Positions 1-8,301 of a DNA stretch of 29,505 nt are shown here, piece by piece. The notes below the pieces were generated by a model. The model worked only from the letters and a program-made list of their open reading frames with translations. It ran no database searches and was not told the origin of the DNA. The stretch spans positions 1 through 29,505 of the forward strand of contig JBEQLE010000055.1 in assembly GCA_040326155.1 (NCBI GenBank). Reading direction: 5' to 3'. A program made the position numbers and the translations under genes. Source of the DNA: Leptospirales bacterium. GTDB taxonomy: Bacteria > Spirochaetota > Leptospiria > Turneriellales > JAOUFE01. Numbering within the stretch: the stretch's first letter is position 1; each line of letters starts with the position of its first letter.

Positions 1-86
1 GTTTCCGTGTCGGATAAACCGCCACTTCACCCCTGCGGGGGTAATCTTTGGAGTACCAAAAACTACACTTATGAAAGTCGTTATCT
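1..86 (-). other. Possible attC-like site, truncated by the window edge
   Basis: The minus strand reads AGATAAC, overlapping the TAA stop of 81..1472, followed by short hairpins (TTTGG-TACT-CCAAA; CCCC-GCA-GGGG). The partner half would lie outside the window. Confidence 0.35.
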
Positions 87-1472
87 GATATATGGTTTAT
101 TCAGAACTGTTTTCAGGATTTCCCCTGTGAAGCCGGCATTTCGAAATGGGATGTTATGATATCTAATAATTGCACGATAGTCATTCTCAAAACTAACACC
201 CATAATATATTTTGAGTTATCTTCAAAATCTTGTAAAAAATCCCATAGGTTTTCATATTTTTCTTGTATATTTTTTTCAGTTTGTTCCCAAGATCGCTGA
301 AAATAATTATTAAATATTTCCTCAAATAGTGGCCCTTCCTTTGTATAATCATTTATAATATTCAATAGTTTAATTTCTCCCGGTGAAGCACCCGATTTTT
401 CCATGTCTAGTAAGAATTTCTTATATAAATTATTCTCGACTCGCCAGATGCTGTGAAACAATTGCATCACTTTTTTGGAAAATTCATGTAATTCCTTACC
501 ATATTCTTTTTTATCAACAATATTTTCAATATACTCTTCATCTTTGTAATTGTAAAATTCCCTTTGTAAGCCTAAAGGATTTTGGTATTGATCATATAAC
601 TCTTGAAATACATTAAAGTACATAGTATTGAGTTTACTTTTAATTTTTTTTTCTTCATTTACATTAAGGTCAATTTTGTTATTCTCCTTGATACCTGCAA
701 TTAAAGTATTTATTTCATTATCTAGCATTTCTACTAGCACAACAGTTTTATATTCTATTCGAAAAATATCCGATAGCACCATATTTAAATACAGCAAATC
801 TTTATATACTTGCCCTTCATATTTATAATAGATTTGATATTTCGTTTTATTTATAATCTGTTGGTTAACGATGTAAATATTTAGTATGAAATCAGTAATT
901 AAAATCGAAACAAAAATAATACTACAAACTTCAGGTTTGCTGCATCCTGTATAATATTTGCTTGTAATCATTGTAATTAAAATAGCAGTAATTATACCAA
1001 GAGTAAATATTAATTTAATTGATCGCGATAAACTTGGCGCCCTTAATTTCCCAATAATAATAAAATCAGTAATAAAATTATCTGATATAATGTAACTTGA
1101 CTGTAACCCAGCCTTAACAAATTTTGTATGCAATTTGGCTATTGGCTTTCCATATTCGTTTTTTTCTTCAACTTTGTAATGCTTTTTATTATGCTTATCA
1201 AATTCATTGCTTAAAAAGTATAATTTTAAAATATTATTCTTGTAAGCGATCGAAAAAAAGTAAAAAATCAACAATATTAAAATTATATTTTTATTGTTCT
1301 CAAGATTTATTTCATTTCCAAAAAAATTAATTTTTCCTGATTCATCAATAAGAAGATATATTATAATAGCAATACTAAATATTATATTCTTTTGTAGTTT
1401 TTTTCCTATGGTTTTATAAGATTCAATCAGTTCATTGAAAAGAAAATTGTAATTTTTACTTGAGTTTTCCAT
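81..1472 (-). CDS. Hypothetical membrane protein (about 4 N-terminal TM segments plus a soluble C-terminal domain), cassette-like
   Basis: 463-aa ORF, extremely AT-rich, with two pairs of hydrophobic segments in the N-terminal half; no family motif recognised. Confidence 0.75.
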   Translation of the reverse strand: MENSSKNYNFLFNELIESYKTIGKKLQKNIIFSIAIIIYLLIDESGKINFFGNEINLENNKNIILILLIFYFFSIAYKNNILKLYFLSNEFDKHNKKHYKVEEKNEYGKPIAKLHTKFVKAGLQSSYIISDNFITDFIIIGKLRAPSLSRSIKLIFTLGIITAILITMITSKYYTGCSKPEVCSIIFVSILITDFILNIYIVNQQIINKTKYQIYYKYEGQVYKDLLYLNMVLSDIFRIEYKTVVLVEMLDNEINTLIAGIKENNKIDLNVNEEKKIKSKLNTMYFNVFQELYDQYQNPLGLQREFYNYKDEEYIENIVDKKEYGKELHEFSKKVMQLFHSIWRVENNLYKKFLLDMEKSGASPGEIKLLNIINDYTKEGPLFEEIFNNYFQRSWEQTEKNIQEKYENLWDFLQDFEDNSKYIMGVSFENDYRAIIRYHNIPFRNAGFTGEILKTVLNKPYIR

Positions 1473-1510
1473 ATATTCTCACCAAACCGCACATCGAATA
1501 ACAGAGTTTA

Positions 1511-1528
1511 CATCTGTTCGTGTCCTTT
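1511..1528 (+). repeat. 18-bp direct repeat, left copy (CATCTGTTCGTGTCCTTT)
   Basis: 17/18 identical to 4605..4622. Confidence 0.85.
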
Positions 1529-1863
1529 CCTGACAACAGGGGGGGCTCGCAACGATATTTTTCACAAATTGTATGTACAGTAAAGACGTTTTATTGTCAT
1601 TCGTGCTATCCCGTTTTTTGTAACCTTTTTCTGTATTGTATGGTAAATCTTTACAAGTTCGAAACCCGGCTGTAGTGCGGTCGCATTCCGAGCTATTTAC
1701 CGATGGACTAGTTTACCTTTACAATTCGAAAAAACAACTCTGGCAGACGGCCTGGTTTTTCTTTTCTTGCTTCGAGAGCATCGAGCATTTCAAAAGGAAC
1801 AAAACCGGGGTCCGTCACTACTTTCAAGACAGATTTTTTGTCTCTACTGGATATAGCGGGCCA

Positions 1864-2898
1864 TTATAAATAGGAACCATTTTGACTCCTGGTATGAGCC
1901 GCTGATACAATTTTGTCTATCATGGTCTCATAGTCTGGCAGGGTTTGGAGAGCGGCGGGAACATACGAAGAGTCAATTCTGAGATCTGGGTGAGGAGTCA
2001 GCTCCATGCAATAGAGTTGATCATCGGAGCCAATTCTGAAATCAATTCTGGAGTAGTCATAAAATTCCATGTGATCATGAATTTTTTCTGAAATACGTAG
2101 CGCTTCGTCGATTAGCTGGGGATGAGAAGCTTTTTCGTATTTTATCGCTCCGTCTACATTGTGTTCCCTTGTTTTGACCTTTCCAGCCATGCTCTTTCCG
2201 TCAAGTATGTTGGTTACGCAACCAAGGGAGAGGGTGTCGGGTTTGTTACCGATGACCGAAACGCTCCACTCATCACCGGGAATAAACTCTTCGACGGTGA
2301 TGGGTTGTCGAAACGCTTTGAGAAGATCTGTGACAACCTCAATTACTTCTTGAGGCGTATTCAATATCGATTTGTCGCTTAAACCAAGCGAGTTTGATTC
2401 ATTGCTTGGTTTGGCGAGCACCGGGAAAGAGAAATCACCTTCTTGTACTTTCACCGCATATTCAGGATAAAAGACCATCGCATGCGGTACACGGACGCCC
2501 AGCCCATGTAATAAGCGATTGCTATGAAATTTATTACGTCCCAAGGTGAGACCATACGCCGAAGCCCCCACGAGTGGGATTCCGTTGTGTCTGGCAATCG
2601 CGGGAACTGTTATTTTTTTCTCAAGCCCGCTGTCGCCCAGTGATTTATTAAATAGCAAGGAGACCTTATTCTTGATTTCGTCGATTCTGGTCATAAGATC
2701 GTCGACACCGTCGATAATTTCTACCTGATATCCTAGTTTCAGTAAAGCCTCTTTGATTGGTTCAATCTCATTGGGTTTCATATATTCGAGCAATTTGTTT
2801 GTAGATTGGTACTCTTTATTAAAAAAAGGATTTTTTGAAATTTCGTATATTAATCCGATTGTCTTATCTTGTTTTGTGTTCATAATTTTGTTGCCCAT
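1864..2898 (-). CDS. D-Ala-D-Ala ligase-like ATP-grasp amino acid ligase (non-canonical); start may be 2883
   Basis: ATP-grasp motifs FPVLAKPSNESNSLG, VEEFIPGDEWSVSVIG, YSRIDFRI and MELTPHPDL; lacks the Ddl N-terminal GGxSxEH, LHG and GEDG motifs. Confidence 0.85.
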   Translation of the reverse strand: MGNKIMNTKQDKTIGLIYEISKNPFFNKEYQSTNKLLEYMKPNEIEPIKEALLKLGYQVEIIDGVDDLMTRIDEIKNKVSLLFNKSLGDSGLEKKITVPAIARHNGIPLVGASAYGLTLGRNKFHSNRLLHGLGVRVPHAMVFYPEYAVKVQEGDFSFPVLAKPSNESNSLGLSDKSILNTPQEVIEVVTDLLKAFRQPITVEEFIPGDEWSVSVIGNKPDTLSLGCVTNILDGKSMAGKVKTREHNVDGAIKYEKASHPQLIDEALRISEKIHDHMEFYDYSRIDFRIGSDDQLYCMELTPHPDLRIDSSYVPAALQTLPDYETMIDKIVSAAHTRSQNGSYL

Positions 2899-3044
2899 AA
2901 ACCTTGTATCATCCTTTGTTCAAGCGAGAATATTTCATTCTTTACTTCAATATTTTACTTCAATATTTTTCTAAAATTTAATGCACTTTTTCGTTAAATT
3001 AAAATTACGATAAAACAGAGTCGCTGGTTTTATCTCAAGCCACC

Positions 3045-4394
3045 CTATGAAGTGGCAACCTGTAAAAGAGATTTTTCGTCGAAACTCACTACGTCATGAG
3101 CGGTATCACTAGATATGTTGAAGAAAGCTTCATCGCTTTCGTTTAACGGATACAGCTGGTCGAACCATGTGTCGGTAGATTTGTACTCGGCAAAGAAGGG
3201 AACGTAGTTGAGTTCCGGGTCGCGGCACTGGACATATCGCAGGATCATAGTGTCTTTGTTGTCTAATTTTCGAGTGCCCAGAATTTCGACCTTTCCGTTC
3301 GCGGCGCTCATGACCGGACCTTTGACCGTTTTTCCTAAACCGGAAATATTACGAACCGCTTTACGAAAAATCTCGGAGACCTGACCCAACGGCAGTTCAT
3401 AATACTTGTTAGCCCCCGTGTTTCTTTCGATAAACATATAATAGGGGATGATACCAAGTTCTAACTGCATGTTCCACATCTTTGTCCATACCCCTGGAGC
3501 ATCATTGACGTGACGCAAGATCGGAGACTGGCTGCGGATGATGATGCCTGCATTTTGGATACGTTTGATCGCCTGTGTCACAACGTCATTTTCCATTTCG
3601 CGATAGTGGTTGAAGTGAGCCATAAAAGTGACATGTTTTCCAGCCAGGTTTAATTTTTCGAACAGGCGCAAAAGGTCATCGGCATCAGGGTCTGTTGTAA
3701 AACGGTGGGGCCAGAAACTCAATACCTTGGTGCCAATGCGGATATTTTTGATATGGCCGTAGTCAGGTTTGCAGAGCTCATCGATGTATTGCGCAAACTG
3801 TTCGGCTCTCATCACCATGGGGTCGCCACCTGTAATGAGCAGATCGGTCACGTCTTCACGTTCTGAGATATATTGAAAAAAGTCTTGTTTTTTGTCCAGG
3901 GAAAATACAACTTCATCGGTATTAACAAATTGAGCCCAACGAAAACAAAACATGCAGTACGAAAAACAAACTTTGCCTTCTTTGGGGAAAAGTAATACAG
4001 TCTCTTTATATTTGTGCTGCACTCCTTCGAGACGTGAGCCATTATGGTGCGGAACATTATACTTCGATTGCCCTCCTGGGTGAGGGTTGAGTTTTGATCT
4101 GATTCTTTGGGCGCAATTTTCGATCTCTTGGGGCGTGCCTTTGCCGAGTATAACATCGACCATTTCGGAGAAGTCCTCTTCTGAGATCATATCGCGACTT
4201 GGGAACATCATCCGAAAGATTGGATCATCAGGAGCTTTTTCCCAGTCGATGAGGTTCTCGATTACGTAGTTGTTCACTCGAAACGGGAGTATGTTGGCCA
4301 TTAATTTTATTTCAAACAACAGATCTTTATTCAGAGCTTGCACCTGTGGTACTTTGTCTATATTATTTTGAGTATAGATGCTTTGCTTATACAT
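3045..4394 (-). CDS. KamA-family radical SAM/PLP amino acid 2,3-aminomutase
   Basis: HKYKETVLLFP, CxxxCxxC motif CFSYCMFCFR, LLITGGDPM, IRIGTK, QSPILRHVND, GIIPYYMF and likely PLP lysine in SAANGKV. Confidence 0.92.
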   Translation of the reverse strand: MYKQSIYTQNNIDKVPQVQALNKDLLFEIKLMANILPFRVNNYVIENLIDWEKAPDDPIFRMMFPSRDMISEEDFSEMVDVILGKGTPQEIENCAQRIRSKLNPHPGGQSKYNVPHHNGSRLEGVQHKYKETVLLFPKEGKVCFSYCMFCFRWAQFVNTDEVVFSLDKKQDFFQYISEREDVTDLLITGGDPMVMRAEQFAQYIDELCKPDYGHIKNIRIGTKVLSFWPHRFTTDPDADDLLRLFEKLNLAGKHVTFMAHFNHYREMENDVVTQAIKRIQNAGIIIRSQSPILRHVNDAPGVWTKMWNMQLELGIIPYYMFIERNTGANKYYELPLGQVSEIFRKAVRNISGLGKTVKGPVMSAANGKVEILGTRKLDNKDTMILRYVQCRDPELNYVPFFAEYKSTDTWFDQLYPLNESDEAFFNISSDTAHDVVSFDEKSLLQVATS

Positions 4395-4416
4395 TGTTTA
4401 ATTATTGCTTAATTTT

Positions 4417-4453
4417 ATTGTTTTGTATAAACCGTATGTTGATACAAAACAAT
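4417..4453. promoter_or_regulatory. Perfect 12-bp inverted repeat upstream of the aminomutase start (operator or leader hairpin)
   Basis: ATTGTTTTGTAT-N13-ATACAAAACAAT, about 22 bp from the ATG at 4394. Confidence 0.5.
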
Positions 4454-4604
4454 TGAGACTTTCCATAAAATGAAAATAGTTTATAACGTCAACCGGATTA
4501 AACACTGTTATCAGTTGGACCTTTGTGACGAATCAGGCGTTCCAATACCGGAGCTTCTCAGAGTAGTTGTCGCCTACAAATAAATGGAGGAATAAAAAAG
4601 TTCC

Positions 4605-4622
4605 CATCTGTTCGTGCCCTTT
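4605..4622 (+). repeat. 18-bp direct repeat, right copy (CATCTGTTCGTGCCCTTT)
   Basis: 17/18 identical to 1511..1528. Confidence 0.85.
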
Positions 4623-4714
4623 TTGGGTACTTGGGCCGCCAGATGAGCGCGACCGAGCCAACATCTATCGGCAGCGGTCGTAGGGAGGCGGTGGCAAAAT
4701 TCTGAACAAGGGTT

Positions 4715-4897
4715 TTGGTCAATAAAACCTCAAATATGACACATGCTGGTTTAGCTAAAATCGCAAATGTATCGAGAACCAGGTTGACTGCATTACTTAA
4801 TTATAATACGATGGGTTTATCCACCGATTTCATGCTCAAGGTTCTGAGTGCATTAGGTTATAAAGCAGATCTTAAAATCAGTAAAATAGCATCTTAA
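4715..4897 (+). pseudogene. N-terminally truncated XRE-family HTH (HigA-like antitoxin) fragment
   Basis: MTHAGLAKIANVSRTRLTALLN...STDFMLKVLSALG is an XRE HTH; an in-frame stop lies at 4703..4705 just upstream and there is no adjacent toxin. Confidence 0.6.
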
Positions 4898-4903
4898 TTT
4901 TCC

Positions 4904-5011
4904 GAACCATGGGTAAAACCATGGTTCATTCACACAGATTAGATGCTGATCACGACATGGAAGCCTTCGGCGATCCGGAGGATGTAAGAGTTCTTCGACA
5001 AACTCAGGAAC
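4904..5011. repeat. Cluster of REP-like palindromes
   Basis: GAACCATGG-GTAAAA-CCATGGTTC (4904..4927) and GTTCTTCGACAAACTCAGGAAC (4990..5011). Confidence 0.5.
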
Positions 5012-5142
5012 CGCAAGTCGACATGACGTCGTAAATAAAGGTACGTATTTCCTAAAATATAAATAGACTATACCATATCAAAATAAATATTTGTATTGAA
5101 GTAAGAGAGAAGGTTAAATAATTAACAAAGGTTATTCTGTTT

Positions 5143-5586
5143 ATGGAAAAAGTGAAATATTTGATTTTTATAATTATGATTAGTTTCTCTGGTTGTGGCT
5201 ATTTTTTAGCCGGGACATGGGAAGATGACCCTGATAATTGGGAAAGGGCATTTGGTTCAGAAAAGCCGACTTTTGTTTCTATTATTCATTCAAAATATTG
5301 GAGATCGCCTCATTTTACATATGAATTTCAATACTTCTTTTCATTTAAAAAAAATCAGCAATTTCTTGACGTCTTGATAAGAAATGATTTAATTCAGGTG
5401 TATGGAAAACGGGCATCAGAAGCTAAAAAAGATACCAGGCACGAAGCGCCCGAATGGTTTGCACCAAAAGCGGCAAATATGTATAGAGTTTATATTCTAA
5501 AAGATGCTGATGTAAATTGGATACAGTATATAATTTTGATCGATAAAAATACCGGTACTATATTTATGTCTGATATTTCTCTATAA
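5143..5586 (+). CDS. Hypothetical lipoprotein
   Basis: 147-aa ORF with basic N-terminus, hydrophobic stretch and lipobox-like FSGC. Confidence 0.75.
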   Translation: MEKVKYLIFIIMISFSGCGYFLAGTWEDDPDNWERAFGSEKPTFVSIIHSKYWRSPHFTYEFQYFFSFKKNQQFLDVLIRNDLIQVYGKRASEAKKDTRHEAPEWFAPKAANMYRVYILKDADVNWIQYIILIDKNTGTIFMSDISL

Positions 5587-5635
5587 CATATAGAAATATA
5601 TACCTTTTCCGTTTTTGAGTAGTGTAAAGTCGTTT

Positions 5636-5744
5636 AAGCTTGATTACAAGCCTGGCGGCTGGATAGTAAGAGCCGTATGAGGTGAGAGTTTCAAGTACGG
5701 TTCTGTGAGAGCCTGCCGGGGGAAGTTCCCGCGGACTACTCGAC
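5636..5744 (+). mobile_element. Group II intron 3' remnant (end of intron-encoded protein, domains V and VI)
   Basis: DV GAGCCGTATGAGGT-GAGA-GTTTCAAGTACGGTTC (5670..5703) has the AGC triad and a GNRA loop; DVI has a bulged A and ends CTACTCGAC; the overlapping frame reads KLDYKPGGWIVRAV-stop. Confidence 0.9.
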
Positions 5745-5971
5745 AGCAGTTAGTTTCATTCGAAATGAGTTTTTAAAAAACATGTGATTCGAAAAATACT
5801 GAATTTATTCAAGGTCACTAATAAAAAAAATAATTAATAGAGTTACATCATTGTAGAAGAAGAATTCTTACCGAAGGAAACTAATTATTATAATAATATG
5901 GAACAATATATTCGGTAAGGTTATTTGTTTTTATTTACAAGGTAAAGCAAAACTAGTTTTATAAATCACAA

Positions 5972-6391
5972 ATGGGAATTCCACATTTCAATGAGGCTTT
6001 AAAACGGTTTAAAGAATTTATTGCCGAACATGTACCCGACACATCTGAAAAAGAAATTCTTTGGATAACAGAAGACGATATCGTATTCGAGTATCCGAGA
6101 AAATATTATTATCGAGAAACACTGATAAGTGAACCAAATACACAAGCCTTATATGAAGAGGGAAAGGATTTAGGGTATGGATTGTCTTTAACACTTGAAG
6201 GATGTTTTAAGAACTTACTGCTATGCACATTAATGATTGCTACTAGCGAAGAAGAGGCGAGTAGTAAATTTATTAAGGGGTTTACCATGAAGGTCGTTCA
6301 AAATCGAGAATATTTTAAACCTATTGCAGATGAGTCTATATGGCATAAAAAGAAACGTAATGAGGAGAAGCACTTTTCTCAATTTAAATAA
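5972..6391 (+). CDS. Hypothetical protein
   Basis: 139-aa ATG-started ORF with protein-like composition; no motif recognised. Confidence 0.65.
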   Translation: MGIPHFNEALKRFKEFIAEHVPDTSEKEILWITEDDIVFEYPRKYYYRETLISEPNTQALYEEGKDLGYGLSLTLEGCFKNLLLCTLMIATSEEEASSKFIKGFTMKVVQNREYFKPIADESIWHKKKRNEEKHFSQFK

Positions 6392-6463
6392 TAAAACTCA
6401 AAAGTGAATAAATATTAAGCTTTGTTTCTTGGATCGATTTAGTTATAATCTACTGCTTTTTTC

Positions 6464-6680
6464 CCATAACGTTTCTTTTTAATCTGACGTACCCTGCGAG
6501 CGCAAACTAACCTCAAGTTTCGTGCGAGCTCTGGCGGTTTAGTCGAGGCACCACAAAATGTGGGTGAGCATCTACAATAATACAAAAGAACGGAGAATCA
6601 CTTTACTGGAAAATATAATTGATGTAATATATAATTGCGAGGTCCGAAGACGCGCGTGAGCAGATCAAAATTTGTTAGAT
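6464..6680 (-). other. attC-like integron cassette recombination site (217 bp)
   Basis: Minus strand: ATCTAAC-5nt-TTGATCTG ... CAGATTAA-8nt-GTTATGG, with complementary inner boxes and internal hairpins, starting 13 bp after the stop of 6694..8193. Confidence 0.65.
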
Positions 6681-6693
6681 ACAGCAAACAGAA

Positions 6694-8193
6694 TTAACGA
6701 AAATTTTTTGATATATTACTGAGTAGTGATATGACATCTGTAGCTGATTCCTTCAGGGATACTCTCGCTCTCTCTTTGTCTTGATCTAACCAACTAATTA
6801 CTTTTTCGAGTAAAAGTTTCTTGGCCCCTCTCTTTTCTTCTTTGTCTAAAATCAAAATGGATGCTACTTCACTTTGAAATTCTTTGGGGTAATATGATTC
6901 AAAGTCATGTTTAGAAAATTGAAGAAACTGTTCATCAGACCAACCACTACTACAATATGTTTTTTTTAGGTTTGCTATGATTTCTGATTCATATGAGCCA
7001 GAGTCTAGAATAACCCAAGCTTTATTTTTGTAACTTGGAGTTAAATGAATATAAACAAATAGACTGTTGAAATTCGAAAATTTTATTTCAACTTCTGATA
7101 GAGACCTAGCAGAATAAGTACGAACTTTGCCAACCATTTTTGGAATAAATATGGGTATAATATAATCTTTGATTATTCGTTCGGCAGATGATTCTTCAAA
7201 AAAAATCCAATATTGCCAAAGGTCAAAATCGAAAACTTCATAACCGAGGGCTTCTAAAACTTCAAGTCGCATTTCGGGTGTATCAATTAATTGAATATTT
7301 GATGTCGGTATTTTTTCTTTAAAAAAAGTAGTTATGCTAAATACCTTTGAAGATTCTAAGCCACCCAGTGTCTTAACAACGATATTTGAGTGCGTAGTTA
7401 TTATAAATTGATTTGAAGAAGATTTTTTTTGAATGAGTCGAAGTAATGCCTTTAATGCCTTTGGATGAATATCATTCTCTGGTTCTTCAATTAAAAATAA
7501 CTTATTCTCAGCTATGCAAAGATCTACTATCAAACCTAGTAAGTTTGTAATACCCTCACCCATATTTTCGATTGGTATATGATCTGCATTTCGAATTATA
7601 TATGCACCTTTTTTCCCATTTCTTGATGAAACTGTTGATACTCTGAAGCCGATAATATTTTCGCAAGCTTCTATGTACTCTTCATAGGCCGGTAAAAACT
7701 CTGGATTTGAAATTCGGTCAATTTTTGAGTACAAATTCGATAAGTTCCCTGTGATGGAATTAGTAGTTTGTAGATTTATATTTTCCGAAAAGCCCGCAGC
7801 CTTTCGTCTAGATAAAAATGGATAGATATAATTTTCCGGTTCTTTTGATTGTATAAATGAACCACCTTGCATCACCGAATTCTTTTCAATGTTGGTTAAT
7901 GTAGTGTAAGGTGTGCTGTTTTGCTTTAAAGTAAGGGTAAAGTCTGTATACTGTTTTGAAAAGTAAATGCCGGCATCATTTTTAAGCCTTATTTCTATCT
8001 TACCTACTTGTACCTTAAGTCTTTTATCAGATGCTAAAAATTGATTTTCAACTTGTAAATTTAATACACTTTTTAATAAAGTCGATTTGCCTGAATTATT
8101 GGGCCCGACAATTATATTGATATTATCCGAGAAATCTATTTTTTCTCGCTCGAAACAACGAATATTTTCTATACTAACATAAGAGATTTTCAT
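6694..8193 (-). CDS. OLD-like ATP-dependent nuclease (ABC/AAA_15 ATPase plus TOPRIM-like domain), putative defence protein
   Basis: Walker A GPNNSGKST, signature-like MGEG, Walker B LIEEPENDIHP, H-loop ITTHS; C-terminal IFFEES, VILDSG and DFESYYP. Confidence 0.8.
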   Translation of the reverse strand: MKISYVSIENIRCFEREKIDFSDNINIIVGPNNSGKSTLLKSVLNLQVENQFLASDKRLKVQVGKIEIRLKNDAGIYFSKQYTDFTLTLKQNSTPYTTLTNIEKNSVMQGGSFIQSKEPENYIYPFLSRRKAAGFSENINLQTTNSITGNLSNLYSKIDRISNPEFLPAYEEYIEACENIIGFRVSTVSSRNGKKGAYIIRNADHIPIENMGEGITNLLGLIVDLCIAENKLFLIEEPENDIHPKALKALLRLIQKKSSSNQFIITTHSNIVVKTLGGLESSKVFSITTFFKEKIPTSNIQLIDTPEMRLEVLEALGYEVFDFDLWQYWIFFEESSAERIIKDYIIPIFIPKMVGKVRTYSARSLSEVEIKFSNFNSLFVYIHLTPSYKNKAWVILDSGSYESEIIANLKKTYCSSGWSDEQFLQFSKHDFESYYPKEFQSEVASILILDKEEKRGAKKLLLEKVISWLDQDKERARVSLKESATDVISLLSNISKNFR

Positions 8194-8301
8194 AAAATCA
8201 CCATTATAGGATATTTATCTTTGTGATCCATTATTACAATAAAATCTCATAAAGCATATCACTCTTGCCCATAACTCTCTTTCTATTTTTCACAACGAAA
8301 T

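Noticed and set aside
1636..1869. 77-aa ORF, and the many short ORFs nested in or antisense to long genes
   Set aside because: No recognisable motifs or start signals; most are shadow frames of well-supported CDSs.
1864..2898. Housekeeping ddl or van-type resistance ligase
   Set aside because: Ddl-specific motifs are missing and there is no mur or van context.
3045..4394. epmB or lysine-fermentation kamA
   Set aside because: Longer than EpmB, different motif pattern, and no efp/epmA or kamDE neighbours.
4635..4700. Hammerhead ribozyme (CAGATGAG resembles CUGAUGA)
   Set aside because: Core mismatch and no GAAA after the stem.
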